From: Colwellia sp.
Lineage (GTDB): Bacteria; Pseudomonadota; Gammaproteobacteria; Enterobacterales; Alteromonadaceae
Direction of reading: 5' to 3'
Assembly: GCA_026196955.1 (NCBI GenBank)
Contig: JAPHTO010000060.1
Span: 18,425-82,424 of the forward strand
Length of the DNA stretch: 64,000 bases
The position numbers were made by a program, and so were the translations under genes. Each line of letters starts with the position of its first letter. Within the stretch, counting starts at the first letter, position 1. The notes under the pieces were generated by a model. It had not been told where the DNA came from, did not search any database, and saw only the letters and a program-made list of their open reading frames with translations. This document shows positions 40,254-50,268 of this stretch, one piece after another.

Positions 40254-40365
40254 GTAAAAGGTCATATATAAAAATATGCTGGTACTATAGCAAAAAAGGC
40301 ACCTTATCTTCAAAACAAATGCATTGAAAATAGGTGCCATAGCAAGAAATAACGAGGGTCGTTAT

Positions 40366-41112
40366 TTATGCAAAGTGCTCAGCCAAATCATCTGCGCCAC
40401 CAATATGCTTACCGTCGATATAGACTTGCGGTACAGTATCGGCGTTAGTGATAGCTCGCATCGCTGAAATGCTTATTTCATCACCAAGAACTAACTCTTC
40501 ATATTGTAAACCTTGCTGGGCAAGTAATGCTTTTGCGCGTGCGCAATGCGGGCAGCTAGGTTTAGTAAATAAAGTCACTTGGCTATTTTGTACAGCTTCA
40601 GGGTTAATATAAGCCAACATGGTATCTGCATCTGATACTTCAAAAGGGTCACCTGGTAAATCAGGTTCAATGAACATTTTTTCAATGACACCGTCTTTAA
40701 CTAACATTGAATAGCGCCAGCTACGCTTGCCAAAACCTATATCATTTTTTGCAACCAATAGGCCCATACCATCAGTGAAGTCGCCATTACCGTCAGGAAT
40801 AAAGCTCACGTTTTCAGCATTTTGATCAGCAGCCCAAGCGTTCATCACAAAAGTATCATTAACTGATACACAAAGGATTTCATCTACGCCATTTTCAGCA
40901 AACTTGCCTGCTAATTCATTATAACGAGGTAAGTGCGTTGAAGAGCAAGTAGGGGTAAATGCTCCAGGTAATGAAAAAACGACAACGGTTTTACCAGCAA
41001 AAATTTCTTGGCTGTCTCGTTTACTCCATTCATCATTAATACGAATTGGAAAAGTGACTGACGGGACTTTCTGCCCTTCTTTGTTTTCAAAATTAATGTT
41101 TTGTGTTGACAT
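40366..41112 (-). CDS. Hybrid peroxiredoxin-glutaredoxin (Prx5-Grx fusion)
   Basis: Prx5-type motif PGAFTPTCS in the N-domain; Grx motif CPHC and a GG pair in the C-domain; 248 aa. Confidence 0.9.
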   Translation of the reverse strand: MSTQNINFENKEGQKVPSVTFPIRINDEWSKRDSQEIFAGKTVVVFSLPGAFTPTCSSTHLPRYNELAGKFAENGVDEILCVSVNDTFVMNAWAADQNAENVSFIPDGNGDFTDGMGLLVAKNDIGFGKRSWRYSMLVKDGVIEKMFIEPDLPGDPFEVSDADTMLAYINPEAVQNSQVTLFTKPSCPHCARAKALLAQQGLQYEELVLGDEISISAMRAITNADTVPQVYIDGKHIGGADDLAEHFA

Positions 41113-41319
41113 GATTTTTCCTTAATAAAAATTTAAAAAGATGTTTTCAGTAGATGAAGCCATTATTCAGCAATAAACTCATTAGTTAAAGTGATTTAAA
41201 ACGAATGGATTAATCGAAAAAAACGAACAACCTTATTTGCATTTTATTTTTGAAATTGTTTCTGCCTTTTCAGGTCTTTTCTTTGGCAGTCATTTCAATT
41301 AATTTTTAAGGAAACCCTT

Positions 41320-41979
41320 GTGTTCATCAAACCAATCACCTTGCTTGTAAGCACCTTTATTCTATTTACCAGTACCATAACGTTTGCACAGAGTACGCAA
41401 GTCACCAAGGCGATTGCCGAAAGTGCGGATCTGATAACACCATTAATGAACGGCCAATATGTGCCAAGTACTATTGAAGTTACCACGCTCTCAGGCAAAA
41501 AACGGACACTCGCAGACGTATTAAATAATCAGAAAACGATTTTATTTTTCTACCGCGGTGGCTGGTGCCCATTTTGTAACACCCAAATGGGACAGTTAAA
41601 GAAGATTGAGCCAAAACTTAGCAAGTTAGGCTTTCAACTAATCGGTATCTCAACCGATAACGAATATGATTTACAAAAAAGTGTTGGCAAACATAAGCTA
41701 AACTATCAATTATTAGCTGACTTTAATTCAACAACAAGCCAAGCATTCGGTTTAGCCTTTTATGCGAGCCAAAGCGTTACTGACAGATACCTTGCAGCAA
41801 TGAATTTGAAAAATCCATTGCAAAAGAACGCAGCGGGAAACGAGAGATTAGTGTTACCTGCGCCAGCAATTTACATTGTTGATAAGCAAGGTTTAGTGCA
41901 ATTTAACTATGTAAATACTAATTACAAAGTACGTTTACACGAAGAATTGCTGTTAAAAGCAGCACAACTAGTTAAATAG
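41320..41979 (+). CDS. Secreted thioredoxin-fold peroxiredoxin/redoxin (AhpC/TSA family)
   Basis: GTG start, signal peptide, active-site region FYRGGWCPFCNTQ. Confidence 0.8.
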   Translation: MFIKPITLLVSTFILFTSTITFAQSTQVTKAIAESADLITPLMNGQYVPSTIEVTTLSGKKRTLADVLNNQKTILFFYRGGWCPFCNTQMGQLKKIEPKLSKLGFQLIGISTDNEYDLQKSVGKHKLNYQLLADFNSTTSQAFGLAFYASQSVTDRYLAAMNLKNPLQKNAAGNERLVLPAPAIYIVDKQGLVQFNYVNTNYKVRLHEELLLKAAQLVK

Positions 41980-42109
41980 TGGCTCGTCAAATAACGACTT
42001 GTCGCTAAAATATTTGCTAATCGCTAGCTTGGCGTGATAAATTAGATGTTAACTTGTATATACAACTACAAGTTAGGCGCATCATTGATTAATCAACAAA
42101 GAGCTAACG

Positions 42110-42898
42110 ATGGATTCAAGTTATCAATTAACGACAGGCAATATTGGTATGCTGATCAGCATGCCCCATAATGGCCAAGTAATACCGCAAGATATCGCAG
42201 CAACGATGACAGACAACGGGCTCAATGTTGCTGACACTGACTGGTATATGGATAAGCTGTATGACTTTGCCAGTGCAATGGGTATTTACACGCTTTCACC
42301 AAAGTTTAGTCGTTATGTCATTGACCTAAACAGAAACTCAAGTGGCGAATCTTTATATGCTGGCGCCAATAATACCGAGCTATGCCCTACCACTAGCTTT
42401 GATTTATCGCCATTGTACCTGCCTAATCAACTACCTTCTGAACAAGAAGTACAGCGTAGAATTGACACATATTGGCAACCTTATCACCAAGCAATATCAA
42501 GCACATTAACGCAGTTGAAACAAAAATATGGCAAAGTTGTTTTACTTGATGCGCATTCCATTTTATCGCAAGTGCCGCGTTTTTTTTCAGGTACCCTGCC
42601 TGATTTTAATTTTGGCAGCGCAGACGGCTGCAGCTGCGATGAAGAATTACTCAAAGACATTAATAAAATTGATTTTTCCCCCTATAGCAGTGTTTTTAAT
42701 GGTCGCTTTAAAGGAGGCTATATTACTCGTGCTTATGGCGATCCTGACAACAATATTCATGCTATACAACTTGAGTTATCGCAACGCACATACCTGGACG
42801 AGCCTAGTAATCATTATAATGAGCAAAAAGCTGAACAAGTAAAAGTACAACTGCAAAAATTTGTGCAGTGCTTGGTTGATTTTGCTCAAGCAAAATAG
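42110..42898 (+). CDS. hutG: N-formylglutamate amidohydrolase
   Basis: 262 aa; the FGase family pattern (SMPHNG ... VIDLNR ... LLDAHS); adjacent to hutF. Confidence 0.8.
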   Translation: MDSSYQLTTGNIGMLISMPHNGQVIPQDIAATMTDNGLNVADTDWYMDKLYDFASAMGIYTLSPKFSRYVIDLNRNSSGESLYAGANNTELCPTTSFDLSPLYLPNQLPSEQEVQRRIDTYWQPYHQAISSTLTQLKQKYGKVVLLDAHSILSQVPRFFSGTLPDFNFGSADGCSCDEELLKDINKIDFSPYSSVFNGRFKGGYITRAYGDPDNNIHAIQLELSQRTYLDEPSNHYNEQKAEQVKVQLQKFVQCLVDFAQAK

Positions 42899-42916
42899 AA
42901 CAAATTGGAAAGAATC

Positions 42917-44329
42917 ATGCAAGAAATGACATCAAAATCAGCACAATATTACGTTAAAAACATTCTGTTAAGTGATGGCTGGGCGAGTGACAAAACCCTC
43001 ACGGTTGAAAACGGCATTATCACGGCGATCACTGCGGGAAAAGAGCCGCATGCCACTCCTCTATCAGGAGCCGTTATTCCTGGTATGATCAATTGTCACT
43101 CCCATGCTTTTCAACGTGCATTCGCAGGTTTTAGTGAGCAAGGTAGCGAAGGGCAAGATAGCTTTTGGACTTGGCGAAAAGTGATGTATAAATTTTTGGC
43201 AAAGTTGACCGAGACTGATGCACAAGTTATTGCCGAACACCTGTATATAGAAATGCTAAAAATGGGCTACACCCGTGTTGCTGAGTTTCATTATTTACAT
43301 CATAATATTGACGGTAAAAGTTACTCAACGAATGATCTGTCGTCAACAAAACCCTTAGCCACCATGGCAAACGCTATATTTTCTGCCGCCAAGAATGCTG
43401 GAATAGGCCTAACTCTGTTACCCGTTTTATACCAGTATGCCGGCTTTGGCAAGCAAGCACCAAATGAGGGTCAAAAACGCTTTATTAATTCCACCACACA
43501 GTTTAATCAGCTAGTCAGTGATTGCTTTGAACTATCATCGCAATTCGCTAACACCAATGTTGGTATCGCTCCTCACTCATTACGAGCAGTAGATAAAGAA
43601 TCTATCGAGCAAGCTGTTGCCCATGTGCGCGCACTTGATAATAAAGCACCTATTCATATACATATTAGTGAGCAGCAGCAAGAGGTTAATGACTGTCTAG
43701 CTCACTATGGAAAACGCCCAGTTCAGTGGCTTTTAGATAATATTGATCTCGACAAACATTGGTGCTTGATCCATGCTACGCATATAAATGAACAAGAACA
43801 GCAAGGCATTGTTAACAGTCAAGCTATTGCCGGTATATGCCCAACAACTGAAGCCAATTTAGGCGATGGCATTTTTCCAACCACAGAATTTTTAACCTTA
43901 AAAGGCACTTTTGCCATAGGCTCAGACAGCCATATCAGTGTTAACCCTGTTGAAGAGTTGCGTTGGTTGGAATATGCCCAACGCTTGACTAAACAGCAAA
44001 GAGCAATTCTTGCTAGCACAGAGACAGCATCGGTTGGACAATATTTATGGCAAAATGCAGCACTTGGCGGTGCTCAAAGCACAAGCTCAAATACTGGCAG
44101 CTTAGCTGTTGGTAAGCAGGCTGATTTACTGGTGTTAGATGAAAAGCAAACCCGACTCTATGCTAATAACAGTCAGCATTTACTTGATAGCGTTGTTTTT
44201 GCTAGTAGAGAAAATACCGTACGTGACGTTATGGTGAATGGTCATTGGGTAGTGTGTAACGGCGAACATGAACAAGAACAAAAGAGTGCTGATAATTTCG
44301 CCCAGTTACTCACAAGGTTATCTGCTTAA
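42917..44329 (+). CDS. hutF: Formimidoylglutamate deiminase
   Basis: Amidohydrolase-superfamily metal motif (INCHSHAFQR ... HISE ... HATH ... GSDS), ~470 aa. I prefer the ATG at 42917 to the TTG at 42905. Confidence 0.8.
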   Translation: MQEMTSKSAQYYVKNILLSDGWASDKTLTVENGIITAITAGKEPHATPLSGAVIPGMINCHSHAFQRAFAGFSEQGSEGQDSFWTWRKVMYKFLAKLTETDAQVIAEHLYIEMLKMGYTRVAEFHYLHHNIDGKSYSTNDLSSTKPLATMANAIFSAAKNAGIGLTLLPVLYQYAGFGKQAPNEGQKRFINSTTQFNQLVSDCFELSSQFANTNVGIAPHSLRAVDKESIEQAVAHVRALDNKAPIHIHISEQQQEVNDCLAHYGKRPVQWLLDNIDLDKHWCLIHATHINEQEQQGIVNSQAIAGICPTTEANLGDGIFPTTEFLTLKGTFAIGSDSHISVNPVEELRWLEYAQRLTKQQRAILASTETASVGQYLWQNAALGGAQSTSSNTGSLAVGKQADLLVLDEKQTRLYANNSQHLLDSVVFASRENTVRDVMVNGHWVVCNGEHEQEQKSADNFAQLLTRLSA

Positions 44330-44341
44330 GATGGCAAGCCA

Positions 44342-44698
44342 TTAAAGCATATTTTCATACTGACTAATGGTTTGACAAACACTGGCTTGGTTCGCTGGAT
44401 GGAATACAACGTTTTTGGTTTGCTCTTTACAATAATCTTGATAAAACGCTTTAACATTCGCTCTTGAAGAAGTAATTTCCTTTAAGTATTTTACTTCTTC
44501 TACCGAAAAACTTTCTAACTTTGGCTGCAAGTCTGTAAAAATCTTGTCTGCCTTTAAGCGCACTCGGGTATCACTAAATTCACTAAAACCTTCAAGCACA
44601 GCTTCTTTTTGTTCATTATAGAATTTAGTAACTTCTGGTTGTGGATAAAAATGTAAAAAGAGTGCAATAGCGACGATTAAGATCAATAAATTTTTCAT
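44342..44698 (-). CDS. Hypothetical exported or membrane-anchored protein
   Basis: 118-aa ORF with a hydrophobic N-terminus; no motif recognised. Confidence 0.5.
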   Translation of the reverse strand: MKNLLILIVAIALFLHFYPQPEVTKFYNEQKEAVLEGFSEFSDTRVRLKADKIFTDLQPKLESFSVEEVKYLKEITSSRANVKAFYQDYCKEQTKNVVFHPANQASVCQTISQYENML

Positions 44699-44804
44699 AT
44701 GATACCGTATATTAGTATGCGCTAATCTATGTTATTCTTGCATAGACAATAACATAAACCATTTTCTTATACTAATAGCATATTTTGCCTTCTAAGGATT
44801 TATC

Positions 44805-46244
44805 GTGAATGCCAACGAAAAACCAAAAATATCTAATACTAATAAAATCCCCGTAAAAAATGTAAAAATTCATCCCGCTAAAAACTCAAATGAACGTTAT
44901 AAACCGGGTGATCAAATTTATGTACGTAAAAATTCAGGTTTTTTTCAAAAGCTAAGGCAACGTATGAATCTGGTTTATTTTGCCTTTTTCGCCCTACTTC
45001 CTTGGCTACAATATAAAGGTCATCAAGCGGTATTATTTGATATTAGTGAACAGCGCTTTACTTTATGGAGCCTAACCTTGTGGCCGCAAGATTTAACCTT
45101 GTTAGCATGGTTTTTTATTTTTGGCGCTTTTTTATTGTTTTTTGTCACCACTTTCTTAGGGCGAGTATGGTGCGGTTACATGTGCCCACAAACCGTTTGG
45201 ACCTTCATATTCATTTGGTTTGAAGAAAAAATTGAAGGCAGTGCAAACCAGCGAAGAAAGCTAGATCAGCAAAAAATGAGCGGCAAAAAGTTTTGGAAGA
45301 AATCGCTAAAACATGGCAGCTGGCTATTATTCTCACTCTTTACAGCCATGACCTTTGCGGGATATTTCTCGCCGATGAATGAGCTTTTCGTCAATGTATT
45401 CACCCTTAATACCAGTGTGACGATGGCAATTATTTTAGCTTTTTTTACCTTTGCTACCTATGGTAATGCTGGCTGGATGCGCGAGACAGTCTGTTTACAT
45501 ATGTGTCCTTATGCACGCTTTCAATCAGCAATGTTTGATAAAGACACCTTAACGGTTGCCTATGATACCGACCGAGGTGAAAGTCGTGGTGCTCGCGGTA
45601 GAAAGCAAGATCACAAAGCTTTAGGTTTAGGCGACTGCATTGACTGTAACTTATGTGTTGAGGTTTGCCCAACAGGAATTGATATTCGAAACGGTTTGCA
45701 ATATGAATGCATAAACTGTGGCTCTTGTGTTGATGCTTGTTCAAGTGTTATGACACGTATGAAATATGATCAAGGTTTAATTCGCTACACCACTGAACAC
45801 GAACTTGATGGTAAAAAAGTGCATTTAGTGCGTTCAAAACTCATTGGCTATGCTGTCGTCTTAATGATCATGAGTACCATGTTAGTACTTGAAGTTGTCA
45901 ACCGCGTTCCCTTGTCACTCGATATTATTCGCGACAGAACGGAGCTAGCCAAAGAAAACTTTAACGGTGAAATTGAAAATGTTTTCACTTTAAAAATACT
46001 TAACATGTCACAAACCGATAACACTTATAAACTTTCTGTTAAGGGGATTGAAAACACCCAGTGGCACGGCAAACAAGAAATATTTGTTAAAGCCGCGACC
46101 GTCTATACACTGCCTATTAGCATCTCTGTTGATCCATACGAGTTAAAAGGCTATATGACAGATATTACTTTCAGTGTTGAGCAGGTATCTCCAGAGTCTG
46201 ATGCTAAAATTGAACATGAAAGCCGCTTCTTTAATAAACGCTAA
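44805..46244 (+). CDS. ccoG: Cytochrome c oxidase (cbb3) accessory protein CcoG/FixG, 4Fe-4S ferredoxin
   Basis: TM helices plus cysteine clusters (CGYMCPQ, CLHMCPYARFQ, CIDCNLCVEVCPTGIDIR, CINCGSCVDAC). Confidence 0.9.
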   Translation: MNANEKPKISNTNKIPVKNVKIHPAKNSNERYKPGDQIYVRKNSGFFQKLRQRMNLVYFAFFALLPWLQYKGHQAVLFDISEQRFTLWSLTLWPQDLTLLAWFFIFGAFLLFFVTTFLGRVWCGYMCPQTVWTFIFIWFEEKIEGSANQRRKLDQQKMSGKKFWKKSLKHGSWLLFSLFTAMTFAGYFSPMNELFVNVFTLNTSVTMAIILAFFTFATYGNAGWMRETVCLHMCPYARFQSAMFDKDTLTVAYDTDRGESRGARGRKQDHKALGLGDCIDCNLCVEVCPTGIDIRNGLQYECINCGSCVDACSSVMTRMKYDQGLIRYTTEHELDGKKVHLVRSKLIGYAVVLMIMSTMLVLEVVNRVPLSLDIIRDRTELAKENFNGEIENVFTLKILNMSQTDNTYKLSVKGIENTQWHGKQEIFVKAATVYTLPISISVDPYELKGYMTDITFSVEQVSPESDAKIEHESRFFNKR

Positions 46245-47233
46245 TGGCTAATTTTGACTTTAAAGCACTCTCTCCCGACACCATTATTGATGGCTTAGAG
46301 AGTGCTGGCTTCACAGTAGACAGTGGCTTACTTGCACTTAATAGTTATGAAAATAGGGTTTATCAATTTCATGATTATGAGCTTAATAAGTTTGTTACCA
46401 AATTTTATCGACCTCAGCGCTGGTCATTGGCACAAATCCAAGAAGAGCATGACTTTTCTTTTGAGCTTGATGAGCAAGAACTTCCCATTGTTGCGCCGCT
46501 AAAAATCGATAACAAAAGTTTATTTGAACACAATGGCTATCACTTTGCGGTATTTCCTTGTCGAGGTGGTCGCATTTTTGAAGTCGACAATCTAGATCAG
46601 TTAGAATGGATGGGGCGCTTTGTCGGTAGAATTCACGCTGTTGCCGCGCAAAAGCCTTTCCAACACAGACCGAGTTTCAATACTGAAGAAATGCTCTTTC
46701 AAGCGCAAGAGACTATAGTGGCTAGCAACTTTGTGCCGAACGTATTAAACAAAGCCTTTTTTACCATTTTAGAGCAAGTGATCGACGTTGCCAGCAAGCA
46801 ATACGCTGAGCACTATAAGCCAGAGCAACAAATTCGTCTTCATGGTGACTGCCATGCTGGCAATATCTTATGGCGCGATGAAGGCCCTCACTTTGTAGAC
46901 CTTGATGATTGTCGTACGGGCCCTGCGATTCAAGACTTATGGATGATGCTTTCAGGCGATAGACAACAACAATTGTTACAAATTGACACGCTACTAATGG
47001 GTTATGAAGAGTTTTTTTCGTTTGAATCTAGCCAACTTGTTTTGATAGAATCATTAAGAACCATGCGCGTAGTGAATTATATGGCTTGGTTGTGTAAGCG
47101 CTGGCAAGATCCTGCCTTCCCTCAAAATTTTCCCTGGTTTAATACCGAGAAATATTGGGAGCAGCAAATACTTATGCTCAAAGAGCAAATGTCAGCCCTT
47201 CAACAACCACCGTTAAGTTTATTACCTGCTTAA
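46244..47233 (+). CDS. srkA: Stress-response Ser/Thr kinase SrkA (YihE)
   Basis: Collinear with E. coli YihE (LNSYENRVYQF ... RLHGDCHAGNILWRD ... FVDLDD ... DPAFPQNFPWF); precedes dsbA as in E. coli. Confidence 0.88.
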   Translation: MANFDFKALSPDTIIDGLESAGFTVDSGLLALNSYENRVYQFHDYELNKFVTKFYRPQRWSLAQIQEEHDFSFELDEQELPIVAPLKIDNKSLFEHNGYHFAVFPCRGGRIFEVDNLDQLEWMGRFVGRIHAVAAQKPFQHRPSFNTEEMLFQAQETIVASNFVPNVLNKAFFTILEQVIDVASKQYAEHYKPEQQIRLHGDCHAGNILWRDEGPHFVDLDDCRTGPAIQDLWMMLSGDRQQQLLQIDTLLMGYEEFFSFESSQLVLIESLRTMRVVNYMAWLCKRWQDPAFPQNFPWFNTEKYWEQQILMLKEQMSALQQPPLSLLPA

Positions 47234-47253
47234 ACCTAAATAGGAAAATAAGA

Positions 47254-47901
47254 ATGAAAAAAATACAGCAACACTTTATAGTGATATTTATGCTTTTGAC
47301 GGCATTTTCAGCCAGTGCATGTGCTGAAAAATACACTGAAGGCAAGCAATACACTAAAGTCAGCGAAACCGCATCAACTAAAGCAGAAGTGCGCGAATAT
47401 TTCTCTTTTTATTGTCCTCACTGTTTCAAATTTGAACCTTTTATGGAAGATCTGAAAAAGCAGTTACCGGAAGGGGTTAGCTTTGAGCGTAACCATGTTG
47501 ATTTTCTTCGTGCAGCTTCGCCAAAGATACAAGCGATGCTAACTAAGTCTGTAGTCGTTGCTGAGCAACTAGGCATGGACAAAAAACTTATTGGCGCAAT
47601 ATTTAAGTATATTCATGTACAACGTGCCGTGATCACTTCAGAAAAAGATATTCGTAACATCTTTGTGCTTAATGGCGCTGATGGTGAAAAATTTGATAAA
47701 TTAATGAAAAGCTTTAGCGTTAACAGCAGAGCAAAATCAATGAAAAAGCACCAAGAGACTATGGCAAAGAAAAGAGCAATTACTGGCGTTCCTGCAGTGA
47801 TTGTTAATGGTAAATACCGAATCAATGCTCAAGAGCTAGATAAGAATAATTTTGAACAAGATTATCAAAACTTAGTTGCGTACTTATTAACGCTAAAATA
47901 A
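47254..47901 (+). CDS. dsbA: Periplasmic thiol:disulfide oxidoreductase DsbA
   Basis: Signal peptide from the ATG at 47254 (MKKIQQHFIVIFMLLTAFSASA), active site FSFYCPHCFKFEP, and cis-Pro loop GVPAVIVNG. Confidence 0.9.
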   Translation: MKKIQQHFIVIFMLLTAFSASACAEKYTEGKQYTKVSETASTKAEVREYFSFYCPHCFKFEPFMEDLKKQLPEGVSFERNHVDFLRAASPKIQAMLTKSVVVAEQLGMDKKLIGAIFKYIHVQRAVITSEKDIRNIFVLNGADGEKFDKLMKSFSVNSRAKSMKKHQETMAKKRAITGVPAVIVNGKYRINAQELDKNNFEQDYQNLVAYLLTLK

Positions 47902-47938
47902 TCGCATCAAGTTAACATAGTGATTTAATCAATTTTAT

Positions 47939-47972
47939 AAAAAAACCGTCATCATACAATGACGGTTTTTTA
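47939..47972. terminator. Bidirectional intrinsic terminator between dsbA and the convergent 733-aa gene
   Basis: A-run, stem CCGTCA (47946-47951) pairing with TGACGG (47960-47965), then a T-run. Confidence 0.75.
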
Positions 47973-47985
47973 TTATTGAAATCTA

Positions 47986-50187
47986 CTAAGATGATTTATT
48001 AAACAAATTCTTCAGTAATTTAGCTTTTGCTTGAGCAAATTCATCCGCCGTTAAAAAGCCCTGCTGCTTCAAGTTCACTAGCTTTTCTAAAGCATTAACT
48101 AATTCAGTATCAATTGTACTCTTAGCATTTTCATTAACACTTGTGCCGCTTACTTTTTGGGCTTTTGGCTGAGCTGAACTATTATCCACTGTTTGCGAAC
48201 TTGCAGCATTATCTACCCTAACTTTAGGTTTAGGTTGAACGCCTGCCTCTGGTATGGAAGTTGATTTGCCCACCGCTTTATGAGTAACAGGTCTGATCGC
48301 CGCGGCTTGATTATGCAATGGCGTAACATTTTTCTTCACGGCTCCCTGTGTCGTCTCACTGCTCTTAACTATGGCTTTAGCTTTTCTCTTACCTGTTTGG
48401 GTCGGATTTAGTTGTTTGCCAATAAACCAACACCAATCAATTAAATAATCAACCACCTTAAAATAGCTTTTCTTAGTGATACGATTACTGCCCTTGCGCA
48501 AATATAAACAAACAGAATAAATGTGCTTATCCTTATCGGTAAGCTGTAAGCTTATTTGCCTAATTTTACCATCGACCATTTTATCAACATGTTCTTTAGT
48601 AAAAACGGCTCGAAGGTCTTGGTCTTTATCATTACTAAAGCCATGGCCTGAGTCTTCATTAATTAGGTTAACACTTTGATCATTAAGTTGTATTTCACTA
48701 CTAACAATATCAGCTAAATCGAGAATAGTTTCTGCATTTTTCTTGTGACGACGGTATAAGCCAATTTGTTGTTGAGAGGCGCTTAACTCAAGATGGGCAA
48801 ACTGTTGCCTAACCAGTTTTTTTGCCGAAAATTTATTCCGCTTACTCCAATAATAAAAAGCAGCTGCCACCATGACAAAAAACAAAAAGAGTAAAAACTT
48901 ATTGTCCGACGACGAAGCTGTAGAGGGAAGCTCTTCACGAGCTGCTATAGCTAACTCAGTCGGGTTTTCTTGTGATAATAGGTACAGCATGTTTTCATAA
49001 TTATCTAAAATCAGAACCTCACCCGATGCATTGACACTAAGGCTAGGTTGGCTATTTTCGGGTAACTGCTGTGAGGTGAACAACCACTCTATTTGTGGTT
49101 TATTTTCTTCATAATCATTGGCTGAAAAAGAACGTTTGAAAACTAATGATTCAATCAACCACCCCTGCTCTTGCTGAGAAAAAAGCAGTAACTTGTTTCT
49201 TAAGTAAGCTAGGTTTCGCCCTCGATACATGACAATATCATTAACCGCCTGGTCGCTTTGATAAAGCACTTTTTTAGGTGAGTTGCTACGCCAATCATCT
49301 CTTCCTGTCGTTAGGGACAACATATGCTTTTCATTATATTGATGCATGAGCAATAATTGCTCGCTATTCTTATCTGGCCATATAAATTGTTGGATCTTTT
49401 GCGCACCTAATAAGTAAATGGCATCTTTAATTTTGCTATCTTTCAAAAAAGGATTACTGCTAGGAACAGTAAAACTACGTAAGCCAAATTGAGCAGGATG
49501 AATGCGTAAAATAACCCCCGAGTATAGAGGTTGTTGCCATTTTTGATTACCACTTAAACTCATATACAATAAGCCGTAATTATCATTCCAAGATTTAGCT
49601 GCGGGATTAAATGCGAGCTGATTGATAGCAAAGCTCTCATCTGGCACGGCAACTCGTAGCACCTCTCGCTTGGTGCTCATGTCAACTTTTTGATGATTAA
49701 CCGACTGGAATTGCCACTCTGTAATAACCGCATCAAACTCAAGAGGTAATTCAGCAGAGCGTTCTTGTAATCGTTTAGTAGTGCTTTTTTTATCAATGGG
49801 CTCTATATGACTTGTATAAAATGTTCCGTAACCTGTTTGATCACGTAAAGAAAAACTAGGATGTAAGGTGATAGCGGTGAATTTGGTGACATTGTTACTG
49901 AGGGTCAAAATAGCGTTTTCTTCAATGATACCTGTAGACAAATAAAGCTGCCCGGCATCATTAATCACAAAAAATTGCTCTTTGTTATTGGGGTTAGCGA
50001 TAATTTGTTGCCAGTTATTAGCGCTGCTTGTGTGATGATTTAGCTGAGATATGATGTTCAGTTGATAGCTGTTGCTATTGGCAGCAATATGGCCAGAATA
50101 GAAGATAAACAAACTCACTAGCCAATAAAGTAGTGGGGAAAATAATCTATCTTTTACGAAGTGTCGCTTAAATGTTATTGCCGTCAC
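47986..50187 (-). CDS. Bitopic membrane protein: periplasmic degenerate sorbosone/glucose-dehydrogenase-like domain, TM, cytoplasmic domain, low-complexity linker, C-terminal SHOCT motif
   Basis: N-terminal anchor; ...HPSFSLRDQTGYGTFYTSH ... SGVILRIHP... patterns; TM helix FLLFLFFVMVAAAFYYW at about residue 440; C-terminal LKQQGFLTADEFAQAKAKLL. Confidence 0.6.
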   Translation of the reverse strand: MTAITFKRHFVKDRLFSPLLYWLVSLFIFYSGHIAANSNSYQLNIISQLNHHTSSANNWQQIIANPNNKEQFFVINDAGQLYLSTGIIEENAILTLSNNVTKFTAITLHPSFSLRDQTGYGTFYTSHIEPIDKKSTTKRLQERSAELPLEFDAVITEWQFQSVNHQKVDMSTKREVLRVAVPDESFAINQLAFNPAAKSWNDNYGLLYMSLSGNQKWQQPLYSGVILRIHPAQFGLRSFTVPSSNPFLKDSKIKDAIYLLGAQKIQQFIWPDKNSEQLLLMHQYNEKHMLSLTTGRDDWRSNSPKKVLYQSDQAVNDIVMYRGRNLAYLRNKLLLFSQQEQGWLIESLVFKRSFSANDYEENKPQIEWLFTSQQLPENSQPSLSVNASGEVLILDNYENMLYLLSQENPTELAIAAREELPSTASSSDNKFLLFLFFVMVAAAFYYWSKRNKFSAKKLVRQQFAHLELSASQQQIGLYRRHKKNAETILDLADIVSSEIQLNDQSVNLINEDSGHGFSNDKDQDLRAVFTKEHVDKMVDGKIRQISLQLTDKDKHIYSVCLYLRKGSNRITKKSYFKVVDYLIDWCWFIGKQLNPTQTGKRKAKAIVKSSETTQGAVKKNVTPLHNQAAAIRPVTHKAVGKSTSIPEAGVQPKPKVRVDNAASSQTVDNSSAQPKAQKVSGTSVNENAKSTIDTELVNALEKLVNLKQQGFLTADEFAQAKAKLLKNLFNKSS

Positions 50188-50268
50188 GAGATATTTTGTC
50201 CATGAAATATACCTAACAGTTTAGTTTATAAACTAAATAATACTTCATTTGTAATTAACATCAATATA

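Noticed and set aside
41295-41498. 67-aa minus-strand ORF overlapping the start of the secreted redoxin gene.
   Set aside because: It is antisense to the signal-peptide-coding part of a supported gene, and I saw no motif.
42110-44329. hutG-hutF pair without hutH/U/I/C nearby as a possible novel pathway fragment.
   Set aside because: Split hut loci are common. Nothing in the sequence suggests a new function.
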